Assembly: GCA_000146045.2 (NCBI GenBank)
Contig: BK006948.2
Span: forward strand, 704,001 to 768,000
Origin: TPA_inf: Saccharomyces
Lineage: Eukaryota
Reading direction: 5' to 3'
Length of the DNA: 64,000 nt
Of this stretch, positions 37,633 to 48,213 are shown piece after piece (the stretch's first letter is position 1; each line of letters opens with the position of its first letter). The notes beneath the pieces are model-generated. The model was not told the DNA's origin and did not search any database. It saw nothing but the letters and a program-made list of their open reading frames with translations. The position numbers were made by a program, and so were the translations under genes.

Positions 37633-38422
37633 GCTTTCAGAGTATTATGGTGAATATGCGAGGCTATATTATAAGTACGAAAAGAATGGAAAAGCCTAAG
37701 AATAAAATGATATCTGTACTACCCAAAAAGAGGCTTTTTCGTGTTCTCCCGTTAACTGGTGTGAACCTTCCTAGCTGATTATGTCTTGCCTTTCAATAGA
37801 ACGCTACTATTTTGTTTTTAACGGTACAAGGAAATATTAACAACTTGCATATTGATCATCGAATACGAAGCGCTGAATGAGGGTTAATTTCATAGTAAAT
37901 CTTTCATGGACAGAAATATTTGAAATATATTTCCTCAAAGAGTACACTAGATCCATTCATATTTTAGGCTTCCTATGGAAACCGTTTTTTCAAGGATAAA
38001 CCCCGCCATATGTTCTTTGCGAAGTCTTTTGCAGTTAAAACTAATTACAACTCTGTTATTTACTGACACCTGCGTTAAAATTTTATCACAATATGTCATC
38101 CGCTGAGAGAGATGTACTATTTATAATTACTTAAGAGCGACTACTTCATTTACCATTAGCGAGCAGAAGAACAGCTTACTTGTCGATGTTCTTCTCTGGC
38201 TAAATGAAATGTCAATTATTGAGATTGAGATGGGTATGTATGATCGGATTTTGATATCAGCCGATGAGACGAAGATTCAATAGCTTCAACCGTCCCTGCG
38301 GGGGGTACTTACCTTTTGTAACCAGTACCCTGTGCAAATTCTCGGCGTGTACTACCTCTTTTGGGACCACAACCCTTTGTACGCACTTTCGTCAGATGCA
38401 AATTTTTACACGCGTTGAAAAA

Positions 38423-38429
38423 TGTTTCA
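38423..38429 (-). promoter_or_regulatory. Pheromone-response-element-like heptamer (TGAAACA on the minus strand) upstream of STE4.
   Basis: The plus strand reads tgtttca. It lies 487 bp upstream of the STE4 ATG. Confidence 0.35.
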
Positions 38430-38592
38430 GGAAGAGATACTGCGTAAAAAAAAGACACATGTGTTACGCAGGAAAAAGTTTGTGAGGCTTTTTGCCTTAA
38501 CAGATTGACTTGTAGCCCTGTTAGGTTTACCCAACAGTTGTTTTTCTGTGTGTCGAAAATTTTTTCAGATTGTTTTCAACTGACACTTGCCT

Positions 38593-38599
38593 GTTTCAT
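38593..38599 (-). promoter_or_regulatory. Second PRE-like heptamer (TGAAACA on the minus strand) upstream of STE4.
   Basis: The plus strand reads tgtttca. It lies 311 bp upstream of the STE4 ATG. Confidence 0.35.
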
Positions 38600-38909
38600 A
38601 TTAGTTGTAACTTAAACTTTCAAACATAAAACTTTTTTGGAAGTCCATCCTTCACATGACTTGAATCCCTTCAATATCGAAACAGTATCCTCAAAATCTC
38701 TTATCACTTTTCTAATTGTTTTCTTCCCCTTTTTGTAGTAACTCGCTGTAAAGCACATTTTATTCATAATCTCCTTTGTGCCAGAACTCAAGGTCAATAG
38801 GCCAGAATTATTGGAAGGAAAGAGGGAAGAAAATACGATATTGCTAGTTCATTAAGTCAAGGAAGAAAATACTCAAAAAACTGTACAGCTCAATCAGGTA
38901 CACATTACG

Positions 38910-40181
38910 ATGGCAGCACATCAGATGGACTCGATAACGTATTCTAATAATGTCACCCAACAGTATATACAACCACAAAGTCTACAGGATATCTCTGCAG
39001 TGGAGGATGAAATTCAAAATAAAATAGAGGCCGCCAGACAAGAGAGTAAACAGCTTCATGCTCAAATAAATAAAGCAAAACACAAGATACAAGATGCAAG
39101 CTTATTCCAGATGGCCAACAAAGTTACTTCGTTGACCAAAAATAAGATCAACTTAAAGCCAAATATCGTGTTGAAAGGCCATAATAATAAAATCTCAGAT
39201 TTTCGGTGGAGTCGAGATTCAAAACGTATTTTGAGTGCAAGTCAAGATGGCTTTATGCTTATATGGGACAGTGCTTCAGGTTTAAAACAGAACGCTATTC
39301 CATTAGATTCTCAATGGGTTCTTTCCTGCGCTATTTCGCCATCGAGTACTTTGGTAGCAAGCGCAGGATTAAACAATAACTGTACCATTTATAGAGTTTC
39401 GAAAGAAAACAGAGTAGCGCAAAACGTTGCGTCAATTTTCAAAGGACATACTTGCTATATTTCTGACATTGAATTTACAGATAACGCACATATATTGACA
39501 GCAAGTGGGGATATGACATGTGCCTTGTGGGATATACCGAAAGCAAAGAGGGTGAGAGAATATTCTGACCATTTAGGTGATGTTTTGGCATTAGCTATTC
39601 CTGAAGAGCCAAACTCAGAAAATTCTTCGAACACATTCGCTAGCTGTGGATCAGACGGGTATACTTACATATGGGATAGCAGATCTCCGTCCGCTGTACA
39701 AAGCTTTTACGTTAACGATAGTGATATTAATGCACTTCGTTTTTTCAAAGACGGGATGTCGATTGTTGCAGGAAGTGACAATGGTGCGATAAATATGTAT
39801 GATTTAAGGTCGGACTGTTCTATTGCTACTTTTTCTCTTTTTCGAGGTTATGAAGAACGTACCCCTACCCCTACTTATATGGCAGCTAACATGGAGTACA
39901 ATACCGCGCAATCGCCACAAACTTTAAAATCAACAAGCTCAAGCTATCTAGACAACCAAGGCGTTGTTTCTTTAGATTTTAGTGCATCTGGAAGATTGAT
40001 GTACTCATGCTATACAGACATTGGTTGTGTTGTGTGGGATGTATTAAAAGGAGAGATTGTTGGAAAATTAGAAGGTCATGGTGGCAGAGTCACTGGTGTG
40101 CGCTCGAGTCCAGATGGGTTAGCTGTATGTACAGGTTCATGGGACTCAACCATGAAAATATGGTCTCCAGGTTATCAATAG
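38910..40181 (+). CDS. STE4: Heterotrimeric G-protein beta subunit of the pheromone pathway (WD40), 423 aa.
   Basis: It has an N-terminal coiled coil followed by seven WD repeats (LKGHNNKISD, GHTCYISDIEF, and others), recognised. Confidence 0.93.
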   Translation: MAAHQMDSITYSNNVTQQYIQPQSLQDISAVEDEIQNKIEAARQESKQLHAQINKAKHKIQDASLFQMANKVTSLTKNKINLKPNIVLKGHNNKISDFRWSRDSKRILSASQDGFMLIWDSASGLKQNAIPLDSQWVLSCAISPSSTLVASAGLNNNCTIYRVSKENRVAQNVASIFKGHTCYISDIEFTDNAHILTASGDMTCALWDIPKAKRVREYSDHLGDVLALAIPEEPNSENSSNTFASCGSDGYTYIWDSRSPSAVQSFYVNDSDINALRFFKDGMSIVAGSDNGAINMYDLRSDCSIATFSLFRGYEERTPTPTYMAANMEYNTAQSPQTLKSTSSSYLDNQGVVSLDFSASGRLMYSCYTDIGCVVWDVLKGEIVGKLEGHGGRVTGVRSSPDGLAVCTGSWDSTMKIWSPGYQ

Positions 40182-40534
40182 CTTCGAATTGGAAATACTG
40201 TGAGCAGTAATTATCAATGGATGCTATTATATAAATATACATACCTACACCCATCCCATATTTACATAGAATAACAACAGTAACATTAGTTCTGTGGAAG
40301 CGCAAAAACGTCCTTTAATAAAGTAAGTCAAAACATTCAACAATGAAAATTCAAAGCATTGTCATTTGCTTCCTTTTTCTCTTTGGATAAACGAAACAAA
40401 AACGAACAAAAGTGTCATGCACTCAAAAATTCTTTTCAATCGTTTTGGAAACAGTATTATTCACTGACTTATTTGACCAACTTGCTAGAATCATCTATGT
40501 TTTCAGGCATTGTTTAATTTCATGATGGCTGTCC

Positions 40535-41281
40535 CTACTTTAGCTTGTTATGAGCCTTCACTGGCTCGTCCTTATGTATTGCGTCTGACCCAAAATTTGT
40601 CCTTTCTTGTTTAGTGGAATTTTTGTTCGGTAATTTCAAAAATGCCTGAATTTTCATTAACAAATCATCTGGTAGTTGTGTTATAAACATAAAAAACTGC
40701 TCCCTTCTGGGATGATTTTCAATTGCTCTCTGTACTGCAGGATCATTCAATATCATCTGAACCACGTCCGTCATCATATCCTCATCTATAAGCGCAAGGC
40801 TTTTAATCCAGGGCAAATCGGCTATACGAAGAGACATTTCTTCCTCCGGAGACACTACTTTCCACGGGAGATCAAAATATTTAGATAGTTCACTATTGAG
40901 ATGTGAGAATTCATGAGGCACATCAACGGTATAGTCAACTGCATATGCATCATCTTCAAACGTTAAGTCATGTTCAATGCTAAACTTTCCAGCGTTACCT
41001 ATAAAAAAGCATTCTATTTTTAAGTTAAACTCTCCCCAACCGGTTTCCTTGATAAAAAATGGCAGCGAGTTCAGTCGTCTTTTGGGCTGTTTGAAGCTAG
41101 AGTGCAAATGGTAGATGCATTTAGAGAGGATGGTAGGCTCCACTTCCTTTCCTGTTGCATCTAACATGAGGAGTTCCATCTGCCACCGACGTAAGGGAAG
41201 TTCATTTCCCCGGATGTTTTGTTCCGGTATTATAACCTGTTGTGTTTTTACTCTGAAAGTGACTTCTATTGAATGATCCAT
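40535..41281 (-). CDS. SAS5: SAS acetyltransferase complex subunit with a YEATS domain, 248 aa.
   Basis: MDHSIEVTFRVKTQQVIIPEQNIRGNELPLRRWQMELLMLD... has a YEATS fold. The track start at 41308 is a TTG, and the ATG is at 41281. Confidence 0.85.
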   Translation of the reverse strand: MDHSIEVTFRVKTQQVIIPEQNIRGNELPLRRWQMELLMLDATGKEVEPTILSKCIYHLHSSFKQPKRRLNSLPFFIKETGWGEFNLKIECFFIGNAGKFSIEHDLTFEDDAYAVDYTVDVPHEFSHLNSELSKYFDLPWKVVSPEEEMSLRIADLPWIKSLALIDEDMMTDVVQMILNDPAVQRAIENHPRREQFFMFITQLPDDLLMKIQAFLKLPNKNSTKQERTNFGSDAIHKDEPVKAHNKLK

Positions 41282-41592
41282 AAAAGAGCGTCTATTATAT
41301 GGCACCAAAAAAAAAAAAAAGGGCTTTTGGAGTCAAGAGTAAAAACAATTTAGTCTGTAGAAAAACTTGAGTTGCTGCACTTCCTCTTCACCCGAACATG
41401 GCTGTTCTAGTTTGTTGTCGTGCAACTCTCTAATGGTGATGACTTATTGATGTGGCTTTGATTTTTTCTTGCCCGTGTAACGCGACCGCGCCAGCTGTAA
41501 ACGTCACTAAATAATACCATTAATTGGTCATTTGCTTATATGTTATATAAATGCTTTCTCTATCAAAACTTTGATTATATGACTGCCGAACT

Positions 41593-42303
41593 TTAAGGGT
41601 GAAGTAACAAGTACAGACCAAATAGAAAAGATAAGATTCCCATCGACGGCATTAAGGAGGATGATGAATTTTCGTATCCCCCAATAGTTGTAATATTTCC
41701 CGGGGTGATTGTTGGGAAAATCTCAACGCTGGTAACACCCGTGGATAAAGCTAAACTTGTCGTACTAGATAAATAAGAAATGGTGCTCGTTAATGTTGCA
41801 GTACTTGTCGGCATTTCACTATTATTGATGATGCTCATATTAGTTACTAAAATATCTTCATACGCGTAAATTTTCGGTTTCGGAATCTCTTCAAATACCT
41901 CGTCTGCCCCGACTTTCTTCTGTATGCTGTCTTCCATAATTTCATGTAGAATACTTTCAATTTGAGAAAACTTTTTGTGCTCCACTATTGTTAGAGGATC
42001 TTCCAACAGAAAATCTATAACAGATTTGGAAGCAAGGACCGTATCGGTATGTTCTTGAGAATCAACAGCTCGCGGCTCCTCCGGTAAATCTGCTAATACT
42101 AAGTATGGATTAAACTCCATTTGATTTAGCAGAGCTGGTGGTAATGAGTTTTTATCCAAATGGAAAACTAAAGGACCAGGTTCATTTTGTCCTGTTTCAT
42201 CTTCTTCATACTCATCTGATGTAAAAGTAATTGAGTATTTGGTAGCAAACACTTGTGCCATAAAAAAGGCGAAGAAAAGGGAGGATAGATATAATCCTAA
42301 CAT
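41593..42303 (-). CDS. SPR2: Secreted/GPI-type protein with an N-terminal signal peptide and a C-terminal S/T-rich hydrophobic tail (YOR214C, sporulation-regulated), 236 aa.
   Basis: It has a hydrophobic N-terminus (MLGLYLSSLFFAFFMAQVFA) and an S/T-rich segment with a hydrophobic end at the C-terminus. The track start at 42318 is a TTG. Confidence 0.7.
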   Translation of the reverse strand: MLGLYLSSLFFAFFMAQVFATKYSITFTSDEYEEDETGQNEPGPLVFHLDKNSLPPALLNQMEFNPYLVLADLPEEPRAVDSQEHTDTVLASKSVIDFLLEDPLTIVEHKKFSQIESILHEIMEDSIQKKVGADEVFEEIPKPKIYAYEDILVTNMSIINNSEMPTSTATLTSTISYLSSTTSLALSTGVTSVEIFPTITPGNITTIGGYENSSSSLMPSMGILSFLFGLYLLLHP

Positions 42304-42724
42304 TTCAATAAGGATCAAAAAAGAGAATGGGATACAAAACTTTACTTTCCTTCCTTTCGTGCTAGTTACTGGCTTGGTGTTGTTCTTTAGTTATGTGTAG
42401 CAATGTTAGCTGCTGGTTTTTTGTCTTGGATAACTACAAATACTTTCAGGAAAAGAATAATTTATACATTATACAAAAGCGGCCTCTTTTATAAACAAAG
42501 GGCAAATGACAGTTAGCAAGACATATCATGGTTGCCATGGGACACAAAAACGTAGCCACAAAAAAAAAAAAAAAGGTGAAAGGAAGCGAGCATTAATTTT
42601 TTATTTTAATATGTAACTGTGATATGTATTAACAAAGTATCTTTCATAATTTTTGACGAATATTTTTACTTCTTTTTTACTATTGAAGGTTGGGCTGTGA
42701 TTCATCGCGCAGAAAACAAGGACC

Positions 42725-43282
42725 TCATTTGAAAATTTCCTTGAATTGCTTAACAATGCTATTTTTGATGGCAGTTGGAGATGTCTTCCATTCTGTTGGC
42801 AATGACTTCCAGTCGATTTCTCCCATGATTTCCTTAATTTGAACTTTTTTTTCACCTGCCTTTGTTTTGAGGGCGTCCAGTAATTTCTTCACATTTTGAT
42901 CAATATCAAGCTCTGAAGACACTGGCAATTGGTCCATATATTTCTTTATAATGTCCATTTCACCTTGCTCTTTGGCCACCAGATCGTCCCTCTTGTTAGC
43001 AAGGAACTCATTGATCGAGTCCTTTCTTTGAGATATTAACTTGGAGTACATGTCGTACAGGGAGTACTCATCAGCGCTCTTCCCTTTTAAAGCAATTTCT
43101 TTGTTTTTTATGGCAGATAACATATTTCTGATTGCTGTCTTCTTCATCTCATCCTTGGCAATCATAGCCTTTTTCAAATCTCCTTTCAATAGGCTGACTG
43201 CAGCCGTGTAGGCTGGAGAACTGTTATAACGAATGAAGGTTAGTCTATTTGAAACAAGTGGCCTAATTGATTGTCTGAACAT
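42725..43282 (-). CDS. AIM41: Mitochondrial GatB/YqeY-domain protein, 185 aa.
   Basis: It has an N-terminal presequence and a GatB/YqeY-like domain ([30 protein letters not shown]). Confidence 0.78.
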   Translation of the reverse strand: MFRQSIRPLVSNRLTFIRYNSSPAYTAAVSLLKGDLKKAMIAKDEMKKTAIRNMLSAIKNKEIALKGKSADEYSLYDMYSKLISQRKDSINEFLANKRDDLVAKEQGEMDIIKKYMDQLPVSSELDIDQNVKKLLDALKTKAGEKKVQIKEIMGEIDWKSLPTEWKTSPTAIKNSIVKQFKEIFK

Positions 43283-43524
43283 CTTGGAATAGTGTTATTT
43301 GCTGTATTCCCCAACTTTATCCCAAAGTCTTTTTTCTCCAGTTCATTACTTCTGTAAAAAATGTTGCAGATCCTTTTTCTTCCCTTTAATTTTGAGTCCT
43401 TCCCCCCGAAAAGTCCCAGATGCCGGGTAGATGTGATTTATATCATTTATCGTTTATAGAGTATAAATTGGGTGATGCTACACTAAGTACGTATGCTCTT
43501 CTGAACTAGACTTAGTTTGCCCGA

Positions 43525-44979
43525 TTAGTCTTTCTCACTCTCTTTCTCGAGGTAGTTGGTCCAAAGCGATACAAAGCTTTCCGTTCTCGATACAGCGCTT
43601 GAATTCTTAGACTCATTATTCGAGATCAAGCCGGCCTGTTGTTTCTTATCTTCATCCCAGTTTAAGAAATTGGACAGTAATTCAAGAACTTCAAACTTTC
43701 TTGGGTCTGCTCTGGGTATGGACACGAAAGATATCAATAGATTGGATATCAGTTCTTTATCAACGGATTCAGAATCGCTTGATTTCTTCAACATGGCCAG
43801 TGCCTTTGTTAAATGCTCATTTAGTATAATGGCTTCGTGACGTAGTTTTCCGATCTGTAAGATGTGCTGCTTAGATTCTTCCTCATATTTTTCCTTCATA
43901 GAGGCGTCCTCCTTCATGGCTTCTAGCTGTTTTTTCATGCTTTCTAAAGCTTCTGTGTCATTGTTGTGCGTTTCTATCTCCGTGTCAAGTTGGGATCGTA
44001 AAGATTTGACTTCCTGGTCTCTCTCTCTAGCCTCTTCTTCCCTTTTGTTGTCAACTTCTTCTATCTTCAATTCCAGATCATTTAGAGAATTCTTTAATAC
44101 TGCTTTCTCCTTTTCATGGGATTCCAAAGCCTGTCTCAATTCATCTCTTTCTGTTCTCAAGTCAGATATATCTTGTTTATTATTTTCTAAGATTATCATG
44201 AGTTCCTGAACTTGGAGATTTAATTGATCTTTTTCCTTCCTGTAAGTGTTAAGTTCCTTACTATGTTTTTCAATTATGTCGTGTTTTTCATCTTCCAAAG
44301 CTTCTATCCTTGATTCGTATTCCAAAAAAACCTCTTCTGTACTTTCTTGCTCCTTTTCTAGGTTTTCTAACTCTGTATTTAGGGTCACAATCGTGGATTG
44401 TAATTCAGAGTTTTCGGTCTTGGTAGCTTCAAGTTTCTTCTTCAATTTCAGATTTTGTGATTCATATTCAGTAAGCTGCTCCTGCACTTCCTCTAATTGT
44501 TTTTGTGCTTCTTTCATCTTATTAAAAATTGATTTCATAGAAGATATCTTGCTCAATAATGTGTCATACTGTGTTTTGAATTCGTCTCTTTCCTTAATAA
44601 CATTTGCTAGTTCATTTTTGAAGTCTTCATTAGGCGTTTCTTGATCCTTCTTGTGGCTTAGTTCCAATTTTAAACGTTCAATTTCTTCCCTTAGTTCCTT
44701 CATCTCATCACCAGCCTTTTTGTCCTCTAAAGGATTTATGGTGTCTACAGTCAGGCCGTCATTTACTTTTTGTTTGTCTACTCCTTCAGAGAGATCTTTC
44801 CCCTCATCGTCCGGGCTTGCCACGATACCATCAGCCTCTGGATCTGTGGACATTTTTGGAGGAACGGTGACGTTTACAGAATTGATGATTTCTTCAGGTT
44901 TATTGACGGTTTCATCAACGTCCTCCACATGAGGATGACTCTTGGCCTTCTTACCTGTTTTCTTCTTATTTTTACCCAT
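43525..44979 (-). CDS. RUD3: Golgi matrix coiled-coil protein (golgin) with a C-terminal GRIP-related Arf1-binding domain, 484 aa.
   Basis: It has long E/K/L heptad repeats and the C-terminal motif ELISNLLISFVSIPRADPRKFEVLELLSNFLNWDEDKKQQAGL. Confidence 0.85.
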   Translation of the reverse strand: MGKNKKKTGKKAKSHPHVEDVDETVNKPEEIINSVNVTVPPKMSTDPEADGIVASPDDEGKDLSEGVDKQKVNDGLTVDTINPLEDKKAGDEMKELREEIERLKLELSHKKDQETPNEDFKNELANVIKERDEFKTQYDTLLSKISSMKSIFNKMKEAQKQLEEVQEQLTEYESQNLKLKKKLEATKTENSELQSTIVTLNTELENLEKEQESTEEVFLEYESRIEALEDEKHDIIEKHSKELNTYRKEKDQLNLQVQELMIILENNKQDISDLRTERDELRQALESHEKEKAVLKNSLNDLELKIEEVDNKREEEARERDQEVKSLRSQLDTEIETHNNDTEALESMKKQLEAMKEDASMKEKYEEESKQHILQIGKLRHEAIILNEHLTKALAMLKKSSDSESVDKELISNLLISFVSIPRADPRKFEVLELLSNFLNWDEDKKQQAGLISNNESKNSSAVSRTESFVSLWTNYLEKESEKD

Positions 44980-45300
44980 TCTAATTAAAAAAAATGCAAT
45001 TGTTTGAGGGGATCAAGTGGAAAGTATACACAAGCATCTACTATATAGCTGTTTATACAAGATTTTCTTGTTCTTCATGAATGGTCTTTCTGTTTGTTTC
45101 CATTTTTCGTATCGAAATGAGCACGAAATTCAAAAAGAAGTACTGAAAAAAAAATCAACATGAGAAGGAACAGCCGATCTCTCAGCGAAAACAGTGGCTT
45201 CGTTGAATACGCTGCTTGATCCTTACACAATAAGGAATTGGGTATCTCGCAGTTAATTTTATAACTTCAAGTCACTTCATAATAAACTAAGCTGAAGAAA

Positions 45301-47886
45301 ATGGTCAATATTTCTGATTTCTTTGGTAAAAATAAGAAATCCGTAAGATCGTCAACATCCAGACCTACGAGACAGGTGGGTTCGTCTAAACCAGAAGTTA
45401 TCGACTTAGATACTGAATCTGACCAAGAATCAACCAATAAAACACCAAAGAAGATGCCTGTAAGTAATGTAATTGATGTATCAGAGACACCTGAAGGAGA
45501 AAAAAAGCTACCTCTTCCCGCTAAGAGGAAGGCCTCTTCACCAACTGTAAAGCCAGCAAGTTCAAAAAAAACCAAACCCTCCTCTAAAAGTTCAGACTCG
45601 GCTTCGAATATTACGGCTCAAGATGTACTAGATAAGATTCCATCCTTGGATCTGTCAAATGTTCATGTGAAAGAGAATGCTAAATTTGATTTCAAAAGCG
45701 CAAATTCAAATGCGGATCCAGATGAAATTGTTTCTGAAATAGGTAGTTTTCCAGAAGGAAAGCCAAATTGTTTATTAGGTCTAACAATTGTCTTCACAGG
45801 TGTTCTGCCAACCTTGGAGCGTGGTGCATCGGAAGCTTTAGCGAAAAGATACGGAGCAAGGGTTACTAAATCAATTTCAAGCAAAACTTCTGTAGTAGTC
45901 TTAGGTGATGAAGCAGGGCCAAAGAAACTAGAAAAAATCAAGCAATTGAAAATCAAAGCCATAGACGAAGAAGGCTTTAAGCAATTAATTGCTGGGATGC
46001 CTGCTGAAGGTGGTGACGGGGAAGCTGCCGAAAAAGCACGTCGAAAATTAGAAGAACAGCATAATATTGCTACCAAAGAAGCAGAATTGCTTGTTAAGAA
46101 AGAAGAGGAAAGGTCGAAGAAGCTTGCAGCCACTAGAGTTTCTGGTGGCCATCTGGAGAGAGACAATGTGGTTAGGGAAGAAGATAAATTGTGGACAGTA
46201 AAGTACGCACCAACGAATCTACAACAGGTCTGTGGTAACAAAGGAAGTGTAATGAAATTAAAAAACTGGTTGGCTAATTGGGAAAATTCAAAGAAAAATA
46301 GTTTTAAACATGCTGGTAAAGATGGCTCTGGTGTTTTCAGGGCTGCAATGTTATACGGTCCTCCTGGTATTGGGAAGACAACTGCTGCTCATTTAGTTGC
46401 ACAAGAGCTTGGGTATGACATTCTTGAACAAAACGCTTCTGATGTTCGCTCTAAAACTTTACTTAATGCCGGTGTTAAAAACGCTCTTGATAACATGTCT
46501 GTAGTGGGATATTTCAAACACAACGAAGAAGCTCAAAATTTGAACGGGAAACATTTTGTCATTATCATGGATGAAGTTGATGGTATGAGCGGAGGCGATA
46601 GGGGGGGAGTTGGCCAGCTGGCACAGTTTTGTCGTAAGACGTCAACTCCATTGATTCTAATTTGTAATGAACGTAATTTACCAAAAATGAGACCATTCGA
46701 TAGAGTATGTCTTGATATCCAATTTAGAAGACCTGATGCTAACAGTATCAAATCAAGATTAATGACAATTGCGATCAGAGAAAAGTTCAAACTTGATCCA
46801 AATGTCATTGATAGGTTGATACAGACTACAAGAGGTGATATCCGCCAGGTTATTAATCTACTTTCAACGATATCTACGACTACTAAAACCATAAACCATG
46901 AAAATATCAACGAGATCTCAAAGGCATGGGAAAAGAATATTGCCCTAAAACCCTTTGACATTGCCCATAAAATGTTGGATGGACAAATATACTCAGACAT
47001 AGGTTCAAGGAACTTTACACTGAATGATAAGATCGCATTATATTTTGATGACTTTGATTTCACACCCCTAATGATTCAGGAAAACTATTTATCTACAAGA
47101 CCAAGCGTTTTGAAACCCGGCCAGTCACATTTGGAAGCAGTTGCTGAGGCGGCTAACTGTATTTCATTAGGTGATATTGTCGAAAAGAAGATTCGTAGTA
47201 GTGAGCAATTATGGAGTCTTTTGCCTTTGCATGCTGTTCTTTCATCTGTTTATCCAGCATCAAAAGTTGCCGGCCATATGGCGGGAAGAATCAATTTCAC
47301 AGCTTGGTTGGGCCAAAATTCTAAATCTGCCAAATATTATAGGTTACTGCAAGAGATACATTATCATACAAGACTAGGTACATCTACTGATAAAATTGGA
47401 CTAAGGCTGGATTACCTACCAACTTTTAGAAAAAGATTATTGGACCCATTTTTGAAGCAAGGTGCTGATGCAATTTCATCTGTCATAGAGGTAATGGACG
47501 ATTACTATTTGACCAAAGAAGACTGGGATTCTATTATGGAGTTTTTCGTAGGTCCTGATGTGACCACAGCCATTATCAAAAAGATACCAGCTACGGTTAA
47601 AAGTGGATTCACGCGGAAATACAACAGTATGACACATCCAGTCGCAATTTACAGAACAGGTAGTACTATTGGTGGTGGTGGTGTTGGCACCAGTACTAGC
47701 ACCCCCGATTTCGAAGATGTCGTTGACGCAGATGACAATCCAGTTCCCGCAGATGATGAAGAAACACAAGATAGTAGCACAGACTTGAAGAAGGATAAAC
47801 TTATCAAGCAGAAAGCCAAACCTACGAAGAGGAAGACTGCCACCAGTAAACCTGGTGGTAGCAAAAAAAGGAAAACGAAAGCATGA
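45301..47886 (+). CDS. RFC1: Replication factor C large subunit, with a BRCT domain and an AAA+ module, 861 aa.
   Basis: It has a BRCT-like segment ([55 protein letters not shown]), Walker [10 protein letters not shown], Walker [10 protein letters not shown], and a basic C-terminus. Confidence 0.93.
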
Positions 47887-48213
47887 TTTATTCATACACT
47901 AAGATTATAATTACACTTTTCTTCTCATTGATTTTGTGAGCCGTTCTATCACAGATACGAAAACTGTGTGGTGATAATAGCTCGATGGGTATCATCACCG
48001 CCCTATATAAAATACTCTTATTAGTATAGTACACAAAATAATGTACCTGTACGTACAACCGTCGTTAAATATTACATTTATTAGGTCTAACATTTGTACC
48101 TAATATGTCATTCCAAAATTATGCGTTGCAATTGAGAAACTTCATATTATTATATTATTAATCGCGTGTTTGTCTCTATCGTTATCGTTAATATCGCAAT
48201 CATCCATAAAGTT

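Noticed and set aside
43556-44988. Several plus-strand ORFs (94-132 aa) inside RUD3.
   Set aside because: This is the same antisense-of-coiled-coil artefact, giving S/L/F-rich low-complexity peptides.
45663-47063. Minus-strand ORFs of 192 and 176 aa inside RFC1.
   Set aside because: They are antisense to a strongly conserved AAA+ gene, with no start context or motifs.
47476-47895. Minus-strand 139-aa ORF.
   Set aside because: It is fully antisense to the RFC1 C-terminus, with no motifs. This is the dubious YOR218C.
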